From: Perna viridis
Taxonomy: Eukaryota
Assembly: GCA_037379345.1 (NCBI GenBank)
Contig: CM074513.1
Span: forward strand, 32,112,885 to 32,176,884
Reading direction: 5' to 3'
Length of the DNA stretch: 64,000 bases
A program made the position numbers and the translations under genes. The notes beneath the pieces were generated by a model. That model was not told the DNA's origin. It made no database searches and saw only the letters and a list, made by a program, of their open reading frames with translations. Of the stretch, positions 1 to 14,300 are shown one piece after another (the first letter of the stretch is position 1; every line of letters begins with the position of its first letter).

Positions 1-761
1 ATTATTTTCTTATGCTGAAATTGGTTTTATTTGAGTATAAATACACTGTAGAATGAATTATCTGCTAATACAGTTTTCGAATGTTAATGCAAATTTACTT
101 ACGGACAGGTTTCAAAATGGAACAAAATTTGTAAATGTTTGTGAAGTTGGATACTGTTTAACTATTGTTACAGTTTATAGTTCAGAAATCAGTAGTATTG
201 ATTGACTTTCAGTTTATACATATGAGGAAAAACAGTCCTAAATAATATGAAAATGTCACAAGTATAATTCAAGTTTTATTTTACATTCTGTCATCCATCT
301 GTCGTTCAAACTTTGCAAAATAACTAAAATATACTGCTACCAATTTTTGTGAAACTTCGGTGAATTGTTCCTTTCTATTGGTGTGCCTCCCTTTTCATTT
401 TTATAATTTTTCACTTTTTTCGCTTTAAAGTTATGGGACTTTATTCGTAAAAAAGTGGGGTGATTTTACGATTTAGGACTAGAACTGAAAACCTTACTAC
501 AATGTCAATAAAACTTGAATTGTTTATACAAGTAAGCTCCTTTTCAATTTTTGTAAATTTCTGATTTTACTACAAGTATTTGGATTTATGAATCTTCGTT
601 CATAAACGGGGGAGGATTGCAGTATTCAGATTATAACTCAGTAGTGATTGTACCAATTTTCCTGACTTACGAAAATAGTTTGTTCCTATTGATGTTAGCT
701 CCTTCTTCAATTTGTTATGAATTTTGTTTTCTGTTTCCAAGTTTTTGGACTTCATCCATAA

Positions 762-1632
762 ACTAGAGGCTCAAAAGAGCCTGAATTGCTCACCTGACTC
801 TATAAGCAACATTCAGTTTTTTTGAAGCAACCATATTTTTCTTTGATAAAAATTCCTAATGCTCATTCCTAAGGAACAATCACTTCAATTATTATTAAAT
901 TCTGTCCAGTAGATTCTGAAGAGAAATTTTTTCTAAAGTAACATAATTGAAAATAGGGAAAAAACCGTGGAAATAGCCAACATGGCTTAACAGATTAACA
1001 AAAAGAAACTGACCACAGATAGATCTCATCATGCTGAACATTTTTATCCACGACAGAATTTAGAAGGTACAATGTATACGCGAAAAATGTTTGTCTGAGG
1101 CCCATGCATATCCTATTTTAATAATGGCAGTCATGTTTTTTGATGGATCGAAAATCCCCACATTAGTTCTTTGCAGAACACCCTTCATACCAAGTTTGGT
1201 TCTAATTGGTCTGGTAGTGTCAGAGAAGATTTGTTGAAAGAAATAACATTAAAATAGCAAAAAGAAAAAAGAAAAAGGGCAACCATTAAAAAGGCTTACA
1301 AGATTAACACAAAAATTTTAAACGAGATAGATATCACCATGCTGAACCACTTTCACCCCCATGTCAGAATTCGGCTAAATCCACGGTTTTTGAGATATAT
1401 GCGAAAAATATCTGAGTTACCTCTAGCTATGCTCTATTTTTAATCATGGCGGCCAAGCTTTTTGATGGACCAAAAATCCTCTCATCAGTTCCATGCACTA
1501 TATCCTTTTTGGTTCCCATTGGTCAAGTAGTGTCAGAGGAGAAGACTTGAAAAAATGTTAACGACGACGATGACAATGGACAACAAGTGATGGCAATAGC
1601 TCACCACCTGGCCTTTGCCAAGATAAGCTAAT
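762..1632 (+). mobile_element. Non-autonomous Helentron/HINE-like (bivalve CvA/pearl-type) element nested in another repeat
   Basis: Starts aaactagaggctcaaaagagcctgaattgctcacctg, contains two diverged internal units, a (GAC/GAT)n patch and a terminal sub-palindrome (atagctcacc...gataagcta). The flank at 1633-1740 resembles 16090-16200. Confidence 0.5.
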
Positions 1633-4600
1633 AAGGAATTACATTTGGACTAATTTTTGTGTAGTTTTCAGAAAAAGTAGGGAAGTTCCTGTGATGAACC
1701 AGCAACATAATATATACTGATTCTGAAGAATCAAAAACCAAAAAAATCAGCAATAATCCAGGACATATATTTATACATAGAACTGGTCTCAGTTTTATCA
1801 CATAAGACTAGAAAAAGACTGACAATAATATGCTGACTTTAATTTGATCTTAAACATACACACCATCCATCTATACATAATTGCACTTTTAACCTTTCAT
1901 TTCCATGTACACATGTATACAATATTTATCTAGTATGTACAATGATAAAATCACAGGGACTGTTTATAATAGTTATAAACTGTATAATATACATGATTCA
2001 CTTGAAATTCCCAACATAACCTTCAACAAATATTGTTGGTACAAAACCATCAAACAACTATTGACAAACTTCACCATAGGACAAAATAAAAAAATCCTAG
2101 CTTCTCATCCCCACCAAACCTGATTTTTCACCATCCCCAAAGTATTTCATTTTGATTTTTTGCCCAATTTAGGTCAATTTCTTTCCAAATTCCATTTTTC
2201 ACTAAATTGATAAAAAACAATGTTTGTACACCCACCCCAAAATTTGAACAAAACTGGATGAAATTCTACGATTTTTTTATTATGGCCTAAATTAATATAC
2301 ACACATGTAGCTTGATATATCAAAAGTCTTCCTACATTGTGAAATAGGATACATTTAGGTAAAAAATCAATGGATAAAAAAAAATATATTCAATCTTTTT
2401 TGTGTTCTACTTTAGAAGTGTAGTATCAAAGTTGCAAATCCAGACAGAGTGTACCATATCAATAATATAACATAAGCCATTCTTATTAACCTTTTGTCTT
2501 ATTATTCACATAAACAAAAATCTGGTCTAAGTTTTAGATCCCAAGGAACACAAGTATCATTTTTATATTCACAGTAAATATACACCTAATAAATAACAAA
2601 ATTATAATTGAACTCATTTTTGAGATGTCATATTTAAATCTCCATGGAATGTTATTTCATGTTATAACTTTGTAAAAATGATATTCAACTGTAAAAACCA
2701 ATATCTCACATTAACACTATGTAAACTGGAAACTTCAATACCTATAAATAAAACATGACATTGTATTTTCTCCAGCAGTAAATAATTACTTTATTATTAA
2801 AATCTGCAGACTTATTTGGTTATCTGCTTATCTGCATCAGTTGTCTTTTATTAATTACAATGTCCTACAAATGAAGATTTTAAAAGACACATTGGTCTTT
2901 TTGAGGAAAAAAACATAAGTTCTTGATTTCTGAAATCATTAAATGAAGCAAATATGGAATAGCCTAAATATGCAAAAGCAAATAAAAAGGAAAAGAAATA
3001 AGAACTATCTGAAAAGCATAACAAATCACGTCCTGCATCATTAAAATGGACTAAGTCCTATATATGTAGAATGTAAGACCAGAACTATGAATGGCTAAAA
3101 AATATTCTGACAGAAGTAAAGTAATTTGTCACACGGAGGTAGACAATTGCGCAAGTGTGGAGGCACATTTTCATCAAAAATACAACATTGAGTACCTTTC
3201 ATTATAAGAATAGCCTAAAATCATAGTAGTTCACAACCAAGTTACTTAGCCATACTGTGCAGGCCTTCGAAAGCAGTTTTAAATTAAAACAATCACAAAA
3301 ACTAGTTCAACTATAAACCAGCCCTTCAACTGTGAAGGGCAAGTTTATATTTTGCGAAAGAAAATTAAAAAAAAAATAAATATCAATGTTGATCTTTCCC
3401 TTTATCTACAGTAAATTGAATTATGGGTAAAAATAATGCCTTTCAAATAAGCACAAACTAATATGTATGTCTAACATATACAAAATAAATATATATAGTA
3501 GCACTTATATACTTGTTACCCCCAATATAGTACATGTATCACAGACATGTAGCTTAAGTAGTAAATAATATCTCATCATACATGTACATGACCTCATAAT
3601 AATTTAAAAATACATGTAGCAACAAGTCCATCTGCAAGTCTTTTTCTTAAGCCTGTTTTAAAACAATAGTATGGATCAAGAATTTTTTAATGTATTGTAT
3701 AAAGTGGAATAATGTCATGACCCAGCAATGAGTATTAAAATTATTTTAAAATCAGGTCTAAGCTTCACATCTGTTTTACCTTAAATCAATAATTTAACAA
3801 GTTTTGACAGTTGAACATTTCAAAGACCTTCAGATATAATTTACACAGAACTATACTAAAATACTTTTTTTTTTTTAAAATGTTCGAAGGTTTTTAGCAA
3901 ATGGTCGTTGGCAGCCCCTATTAGAATTTCCTGCAGGGAAATCACCATTTTCGACTAACATCGCAAATAATACAGAATCTCTAGATCTGAGACAAATGTA
4001 GATTAGGTTACACAGTGAAATGGTAGAATTACATAATAGTTCTACTGTTTATTTTGCCATACACAAAGTCATTAATCTAATTTAATTCTGAATCTGTCAA
4101 GATTAGATTTGTTTAAATTGCAAATGAGAACTGATGTCATAACGGTTATGAGTTTTAAACAATATACCACAGAGTTATGACAAATGACTTGATGAAAACA
4201 CTGATTGTTTGACAGTGATAAAATATGTTTAAATTACTGTCAAAATGTCATTCTGATTTTCTGCCAGCAATCAAAAGTAAAATATCAATTGTTGGCGCTT
4301 TGAAATTTCTGGGGAATTTAATGATCATGACGCATAGCACTAAACAATCTGAAGTGTTGGAACAAAATGTTCAGTAATACAATAAAGTTACCAACATTGA
4401 AAAGCTATGCTAATATTGATATTTTTTCACAGATCATAACATTTCAAGTCTTAAGTTCTAAACAGCATTAATAACCTACAAACCACATTAAAAAGCAATA
4501 AAATATGTCGATGTCATATTAATGTATCAAGTAAAAAATTAACTTTGAAATTAACCAAGAATAAGTCAAGAACATAATGTACCTGCATAATGGAGGCTTA

Positions 4601-4932
4601 TGAATAAATAAAATATGGGGTTTCAGTAGATACAACAAAAACAATAATCAACTGAAACCTCAAGTTAACAAAACATACATAAAATAAATGTGACTGTATG
4701 GACATGCTGCATCATACATATACATCTTAAATTGACATCATAAATCAGTCAATGCTCTACTACTCCAACATACCTGACGGGTATAATTTTGCTACACGTG
4801 ACAATTGGATAGTTTGTAAGGCGACTTGATGTTGAATTAATTTTGTTGACAACTGCATTAGCATTTCAAATAAATTGAATGCTCATAGCAACTCAGTGGG
4901 CTTCTACAGATATTTTCAACATGTATACTTAA

Positions 4933-5132
4933 GGAGGCAGACCTGGCTAAAGAATATTAGTCTTAAAATCAGTGATATGTTTGTTACAACCACAACATGT
5001 CAAGTTTTCATTGGAAACAGAATGGAATCTATCTAACTTACTTGGCTGCTTGCATAAGATTTATGTAAAATGGTTTGCACAAACATATCAATTATTCGTA
5101 AGAGTTATGTCCCTTACCCTAGGTCTTCCTCC
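4933..5132. mobile_element. About 200-bp MITE with TTAA target duplication (piggyBac/Kolobok-type)
   Basis: TTAA-ggaggcagacctgg...ctaggtcttcctcc-TTAA terminal inverted repeats. Confidence 0.6.
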
Positions 5133-5341
5133 TTAAACTCATGAATACAAACACAAATGTTTGAATTTGCAAATACAAAGAATAAATTCAAAATAGACCA
5201 GTCTAATTACAGAACTTACCATTCATTAACAGTGAGTGAAAAAAAGTTTCAATATGAAATCATCATTAAAATATGGTCACCTGAGCAATTGTTTTACGAT
5301 TAGAATTGACATTAAATGTAGAACAACAACAGAAATAATGT

Positions 5342-8300
5342 TCATTTTCCAAAATTTCCAAATGAACTAAAAGCTTGGTCAGTCCTCTTCTGGAAGGCAG
5401 CATTTGCAGTGACATTTGCCATCATATTCATACTTCCAACTGTTGTACTTGACATACCCCCCATCATACCAGGCATTCCCATTCCTGAAATAGATATCAA
5501 ATTATGAACAAATGGAGCAACATACTATCTATATCTAGATATAAACAAACTGAATTTTCTATAAAATATAAAAGAACTTGAATGGCACAACAGTATCACA
5601 GCTTCCTTTGCTTAAAGTATACCTTTATGAACTACAACATTATTTGTTTTCCATCAAAGTTAATGTAAAGATGTGTCGTTACTGTGAAAGTTACTTAGTA
5701 CTTAAATTTGTGGATGCCAATTTTTGTGGATTGAGGAAGAAACAAATTTGTGGATGCCAATTTTCGTGGATTGAGGAAGAAACAAATATGTGGATTCTTC
5801 AATTCATGGTTTCGGAGTTTTCATCAATGAGAATATCCTTTTCGTTGAGACCAAATTTGGTGATTTGGCCTATCCACGAAAACCACAAAAATTGGTAACC
5901 CAAGAACACTAGTATTTTCACAGTATTATATGGATACAGTGAATTATCAAATGCTCCCTGTGTAATAAATTTCAATAATTCACATGTGTTATATCTGTCT
6001 TGTGTCATTAACCTTATTTGAGGTCACTGATGATTTGGAAGGTCATTCTGCCCGTCATAAAATTTGTATTTTGACTATATTTTGGTAATTCAATATATCC
6101 AATTACTTATCCTATTAGTATTTGGTCCATAACCAAAGTAAATAATCCAAAAACCAATACACATATAACAATTTACAAATTCTTCATGTAACATTTGTTT
6201 TAATTATAAGATCCTACTCCTATTTCAAGAATACATAAATACAAAATAAGTCTAAAAGCTTACAAAAAAATCAAATAAACTTTAACTTGCAAAATTGAAG
6301 GTTTGTTTTTACAACATCTATGGTGGAGAAATCATAGGAAATAAAAGACATGCAACCAGCTCCCAGAAAAAAAAACAAAATTCTATTAGTAAACCAAAAT
6401 GTCTCACAAGAGAAATGCCAAAAAATTCAACCACCATCAACTTTGACCTTTAAATTATTGTACATGTGAAGTGGCTAGAACATAATAAAAAGAAGTTTGT
6501 TTAAAGTGTTAGTTCTTACATAAAAACTTGTCTGCTAAAAATCAATTAAAAATAGAGACATCATCAGATATTGTAGGTTTTTAAGGCATTGTCCTTTGAG
6601 ACAACTGATGACTATTGTAACCAGAACCAGTTATAGCACTTCATAACTTCTAAATTATCAAAAATTACCACAAAAAAAGTTGTGTGATAGGGTTACTAAT
6701 CAATAAAATCATTCAATGTAGTTCTTTTCAAAGCTTTTCCAAATTAATTGAAAGCAGCAAGTCAGTCTTGCAGATTTCATTATCAGTACCAAAAATACAA
6801 TAGCTTTATTAATGGCTACTCTTATCAATACCAAACTACTTTTAGGAAATCTGTATCATAAAAAATCCAAATACAGTAGCCACAACAAGAACTCTGACTA
6901 CATACCTGTGCCCATATTTCCTCCCATCATTGGTCTTGGTTGGTTCATCATTCCTGGTTGTTGGTTTATAGACATACCAGCCATACCCTGGTTCACTCCC
7001 ATCATGCCTTGGTTACCCACCATTCCCATTCCTGCAACAAAACAAACAATATTATTGTTTATTTCCCATACAATATCTGTAGTTACCATTTTCATGTACC
7101 AATTATCACATGTAGGTGTTATTTCTGTCTTATTTCGTACTTGACTCTGCCACTTCATATTAAACATTAGATATTTAACATAGGACTAAAATATACCATC
7201 TTGAAATATTTCCAAGCAAGGGCAACTTACTCTCCTAACTGGGAATTACAATTTAAGTAATGTCTCCCCCATCCAAAGTTCAAAGGAGTATACAGTGGAA
7301 CCCCCATAAACCGGCCCCTCTGAAAACTGGATTCCTCTGAAAACCGTACATTTATTTTTGGTCCAGAATTAACGCCTATATATTAAAGTAAAAAAGTCCT
7401 CTGAATACCGGCCCCTCTAAATTCCGAATTCCGGCCATACATTCTGGTATGAAACATATGTTTTCATACAATATTGACCTCTTAAAACCGGCCGACAAAA
7501 TCTGTTTACCTGAGAAATCGGTGAACCGTGTTACCTGTCACTCCGTGTATTGATTATTGATTGACATATTTTACATGTAAACCATTGCCGCCAGACTATT
7601 TACCCTGTTACCTTGTTACGTAAACATGTCATACAGGTGCAAATCATAATTAAATGTAATTATCAAACATCAAAACATAATAATTAAAACAAATCGGCTT
7701 GTAAAGATAATGATTAAAAGGCAATTTAGCTTGCACACACAATGATCGGTGTGGTTTACCACATGTATATTTTTAATTTGTCTTTAAACCCATGAAGTTA
7801 AACGCTGACACAGATATACAGGTATTTCAAGGTCAGTGACCCCCGATATCGATGTATTTATGGTATTCTATAAATAAACTTGTAAAATAACAACAACATG
7901 GATATAAATATTTATTCAATGAAACATACATGTATTACAAAAAAAACATTTGAAAAGATACAATGCACTGCACAAACCGTCAACATGCTTTAAAAATGAA
8001 ATGAGGGTATTTTGCAGACATAGATTAATCATAGTTGTATACTTCCGGAACCAGTTTCCGGAGCATGGTACCTCTGGAAACCGGACCCTCTGAAAACCGG
8101 CCGATTTCGTCAGTCCCAGTGATGGCCGGTTTACAGAGGTTGCACTGTAACACCCACAAAATTCAGTGGATCATAAATTCCTAGTAATATGCACAACTAC
8201 ATACAAAGTAACATGAATTTGGTGCAGTAGTTTCTGAGGAGTTACACTCACTAAATTGTGAATGACAGACAGACAGAGAGGGCAGATACAATATGCCTGC

Positions 8301-11300
8301 CATCCACTTTACTTACATAAAGGAGAGGTATTACATATGTTAGGGAGGCAACTCTAAAACATGAATGGCCCAAAATCATTCTGTTGTGACATATTTCTAA
8401 AAGGATGTTTGTAGTAAAGAAGTGATTGTTTGAACTTTTAACACATCCACACATTGTGTGTTATAGTAAGTTCTGCACATTACAAATGCTAGAAACATGA
8501 GCACCTTACTAACCTGGATTTGATTGTTGTTGTAGCTGGTTCATTGATGGTTGCTGTTGTTTGTTTTGGTATTTATTTGCAGGATTGAGGGAATCTACGT
8601 TGATGTTAACTTTACCTGCATCTGACCATGTGTTCATATTCTTCTAGGGAAAAAAAGAATGTAGTAGTTGTTAAATCATAATGTGTGAGAACATTTCAGA
8701 ACTATTAAAACTGTAAAGCTGCCATTTCTGCAAGGAAAATGAGAAGCAAATGAAAAATACACACCAACTTCAATGACTTTACAGAAAATCAAAAATTGAA
8801 GAATTGTAGTAAAAAGTTTATAAAAAAAAGAGTTGTAGAAAACCAATTAACTAACAATTAGTAAATGAAGTCTTAACAATTCAGACAGATATTAGATCTA
8901 TATTTTTTAAGACAGCATGTAAAGCATGATTACATTCTTCATGCATAGTATTAATTTCTCCTTAAGAGGAATAACAAAGAATGAGAAATAAAATGCCTAA
9001 AATAAAGGGTCCATAACAATTGAAAAGAAAATTTTGTCATTAGTAGTATTCTCTATTAACAACAGAACATGCAGTTTTATCTTTCCTCCGTCATTTAACA
9101 CATGCTTTAAATTCAATGTTAAAAGTTAATATGGTGTTTAATGACCACGATTAGCTTTTGATCATCAAAGCACCAGAAACTTGTTGTGGCTGATTTTTTA
9201 GAAGAAATTTAAGGCATGATGTCTACTTGTACATTGAATTCACTGAAGATAAAGACCTTTTAAGAATACTGACAGACCATGTTTACTGCACAATAAGTAT
9301 TATTCCATTCAAATGGTATATATAATATTGGTACATGTACATCTAACTTCAGAACTCATCAACTGTAAATCATGACATAAACATACAGGCACGTGTAGGT
9401 AACAATGTGACATGGAAAGAGTAATTGATAAACAAATCTTCATCAAAATGTTGTGTGTAAACTAAGCTAGCATTTGTACATTGATAAATCAAGGGGCAGT
9501 ATATCATGTATATATCCATGCATTTTAATGCAAAAATTCATGTAACAACAAATGCTGCAGTTTTTCTTATTTCAGTTCAGATACCTATATTTCAGAACAT
9601 TCCTTTACCATTGTCTAATTGTTTTGGTTACTTTATTCTCCAGCTTTACAGCATGCAGAAGTGTTTCATTTCAGTAGAACTCCAGATAAGAATCATGCAA
9701 AATGTAATTCATGGTAGGAAAGCCCATATATTCTTATTTTTGATATTTTGTTTAAATGATATAGTAAACAGAAATCAACATGTGGCTCTTCATATAATCC
9801 TTGTTCTTAGGTATAGAATGTACTGTAGAATTCCAAAAAAAGGAGGTAACTCTTTAATTAACACTAGAATACAATAGAAACTATTGGATTTTCAACATGA
9901 ATAATTTCTTAAGAGCAAACAGACAGGAATGAATATATAATACATTTCATCATAGAGACCTATAAAGCAACTTAATTACAGAAATAAGCATGTACAGCCT
10001 TTTTTAGGGTGAATCACATATTACAGAATCTTCATGATTCTTACCAAGACTGCTACTTAACTGTTTGTAAATAAAAACTGCAGCATTTGATAGGGTACCC
10101 AAGCTCTGGTTTTAATGACTCAGTCAGATGACATAAAATAAACATGAAAGTTAAAATGTATGCAAAACTCCAAATTGATCAGAAAATAGAAACCAAAATA
10201 AATAAAGATTGCATGAAACGGTACAATAAATTATGTATAAATATTGAAAAGTATTACTGGTTTCTGTCTTGTATTTCTTTTATTTCAACAGTGTGAATAC
10301 AGTAGTTATAATCAACCAGAATTCAATATAATTTTTAAAATATTTTGTTTCATATTCATTTTAATTTGATTTGCATCTGAGAAAGTCATGAATTTTTCTC
10401 CGTCACCATGCTCAGAGAGAAGAAAAACAAACCTTGACCTCAGTGCTAGATACAGTTTCTTCCTTAGAAACTGTCGTCTGCTAAAATATGGAGAATTTAC
10501 AAAAAAGGGTGAAAGTTAAACAAAATAAACTCAACAATAATTAGAAAAATCAAAACAAGTAATATGCTAAACTCAAGAATATCAAAATAAAGCATTATAT
10601 TACACCACAACCACAAGGTTACAGGATCAAACTTGACCTTGATAAACTGACGATTTTATTACCTAACTCTATACACTGGAGATTCAAGATCAATAATAAT
10701 GCTACCCTTTCATTGTGTAGAATATTTAAATAAACAGTTTTTTTTTTTTTAAATCCTGTAAAATTGTTCAAATGAGAAAAGTAGTCTATAATTCTGGCAT
10801 TTTGACTGTATCAGTTTATCAATGTTATCTATAAACAGTTAAATCTGCAAATTATTTGATTATATGCAATCTGATCGAAAGATAGAATTACTATTATGAT
10901 TACATATTTTCTTCGTAATTTGGAAAATTGCGTGGGAGCATAAAAATATCTATTGATTGCCTACTTTCCTTAAAAAAATGTGTAATTATGATTTGAATAA
11001 GACTGCAAGAAAAAATCATTAAAAATTCAATCTGTATCTTAAAATCTGCTGTCAAAATAAGTTAATGTCCATTTAAAACTTATTCAAAGAAAAAATTAAT
11101 CAAGTCATTCATCAATAAAATGAGATTTCAGCATCATGCGGCATGCAGATAATTAACTTGTACCTTCATTTGTCTATCTTACAAAATCTGTTATTACAGA
11201 ATGTCACAAAATCAATCTTTACACCAGACATAATCTTTCATGGCAATTTATTGTGTTTTCGTAATCAATTCATCAAATAATTATCCAAAACATCCTAATA

Positions 11301-14300
11301 TCAGAGACAGATAGAGTTATTAGGGCCAGATCATTGATGTTATGAATTAGAGAGGCTAGCCTGTTACATATCCACAATTTAAACAATGTAATTCTATTTA
11401 GTACATTGTTAACTTATCTTTTCACACATTAAAACAAAATGATAAAACTACCAATTAGTCAGTGAGTTATACCACTTTACTACCTCAGAACTGTAATAAG
11501 TCTAAATGCACAAACAAATAAGCAGTACATAATAAGAAAAAAAACACAAAGCTGGAAAAAAATAATTGAAAGTAAGTACAGAAAATGAGTGGAAGTAAAG
11601 CAAAATTTTAACTTAAAATAAGCTGCATTCACAACATTTTATACTGCTGTAAATTCCAAAATTATTGTAAAAAAATATTCAAAGAATTTAAACTTCACAT
11701 AATGAAATTTTAAAAAATACTGATGCAAGACTTAAAAAAATTAGAAATAAATTTTTGACTAAAATGACAAAAAACCAACAATTGTATATGAATACAATAA
11801 TTTCTGAATTTATAGTACATGTATTTCAATGTGGTGTAAGGGGATTTTGGAGATTTCTGGATAAAACATTGCTTGTTCGGGGTTCAATCTGGAATGTCCA
11901 CTAGTTCTTAAGTCGTGTTCCAGCTGAAAATCATGCAAAATGTGATTCATGAGTAATACACCTACATATTTTTATTTTTGATATTTCGTTTGAATTACCA
12001 TAGTAAACATTAACATTCAGTTTTTCATATAACCCTTGTTCTTAGGAGATAAAAATTATATAGAATGTTCTGTAGATTTCAAAATTATGGGAGATAACTC
12101 TGTAAATGACACTCAAATACAATAGAATCTATTGGATTTTCAATGTTGATTATCTCCTCAGAGTAGGCAGATTTGAATGAATAATCACACATTTCATAGC
12201 ATAGACCCATAAAACAACTGAATTACAAAAATAAAAATATGTAGCCTTTTTTGGGGTGTATCACATTTTTCAGATTTTGCATTATTCATACAAAGACAGC
12301 TTCTTAACAATAATAACATATACAAGCTGAGCAAGATGACCTATGTTGTCATTGGTTACAATAAAATGTCGTACATCTGGAATTACTTTTAAAAAGATAA
12401 GAAAAAAATTCAGTTTTGTGGTGTTTGATACAAATAAAATAAAATATTGGAGTACTTTTTTTTTGTTTGTAACTTACTACTGACTATGGGATTTACATTG
12501 GGCTTAAATCATGCTTAATTCTCAAAAAATTATGATATAATTCCAGTAACATCCTTTTTTTTTAAAATCATAATTCATAATGAGTGATTTATAACAAACG
12601 ATTTATCAATCCTATTGTTCTAATTTTTTAAGAGGAGAAAATACACCAGTTTAATAATAATAGTAAGATTTAAGAGGAGAGCATCTGAAGTATCTCTGAT
12701 GTACACCTATATGCTACAAGTACCAGTCCATATACAATTCAGACATTGGCTATGGAAAAGTGATTCATGGAGTGGAAAAACCCATGGATCAGATAATGCT
12801 TTTTTTTTTGCTCAACACATGATATATTTTTATGTGGCAATACATGTAGTCCTTTCTGTATTTAGATCTGTACTTTTGAGAAAATCATACTTTTATCTCC
12901 CACCAAAATCAACCAAATCAAACAAAATCAAGAATGATAACTCTTGCAAAGAGCTAATTTCATGTACCATCTATATAAATTTTTACCCCAAAAGCACAAC
13001 CCCCAAATGAAAAACTAAGACTGATTCTGTGGTCTGTAACTGATTCTGAATAGGAAATAAAAGTAAAGTTGGTGGGTTTTTGAAATGCATGAATCACCTC
13101 CTGTCTGATTTTCATAAAGACTGCTACTTAATACGCTATAGAATAAAATGCTTCAGTAATCAACACTTCTAAAACAAAACCATTCTTACGAAGGGTTGTG
13201 TGTACATCTACAACACAAATAGTACATTTATAACATGATCAAAGATGAATAACTACAGTATATCTGTTATATTTTGCTGATAAACAGTAAAGCATTAAAG
13301 ACAAGACAAAGGTTATGTTTTATCCCATGCCATACAACTTTCATCATTTTCTATACATTAAGAAAAGGCTTTTGTCATATGAGAAAAAAGCAATTTTATA
13401 AGCTTTTAACACTTATTTTTTTTTCAGCTTTTCTCCACAGACAGCAATATAAACAGACAACAAAATATTAAATTGCTGACCCTATGGTAAAAATTAAACT
13501 TTCATAGTTAACAATTTGTAAAGTTATATGGCACAAGGATCAGACTCCTCGTTTGAATATCCCATATATCATTGGAAATCATGGACATGTCAAAGGTTCA
13601 ACATGTTTCACATACTTCCTTCTTCTACATAGGTTATACAGGCATGGCACAAGACAGGGATATGTATGCAATGCCATCTGTGACTAGATGGCTGACAGAC
13701 CTACCTTCACTGGGTCTGATGTCTTAGCCTATATTACAGATACCATATGTCTTATTAGAACTTTTCACATTTACTTAAAAATGTGGACTTGTTATGTACA
13801 ATGAAAAAATAAAATATATTACAAATACTTGACCATCAATGTTAAGATGATGACACATTATTGCATTTTTTTAAAGGTTTTTTCTGCCCTGAATTAAGGG
13901 TTGTTGTTATTCTAAAATGGAGCATTAGAGCAAGGTTCTGCAAGGCTATATATTACCATTTTTAATATAGAAATTCCCATCTTAAAGAGAAAAAAAGCAA
14001 AAAATGAAAAAAGTACTTTTTCTAACCACAAGTTACTAGCCAGTGAACTAGACGAAAGTTAGTTTTTCTTGTTTAAAGATAACACATCTGGGCTATACAT
14101 AAGTCAAAAGTGTGTCAATTTTATAATAGAAGGTGCACATCTTAAATACACGTATATTTATTAACACAGAGGTCAGTTTGAATAATAATAACTATTGAGT
14201 TACAGCTCACATAAAGTATGTATCCCATGACGAATGGACAGACAGAGAGACTATACCTACAGTTAAAATGAATACAGGTACAAAGTAAAAAGTTGTGGTA

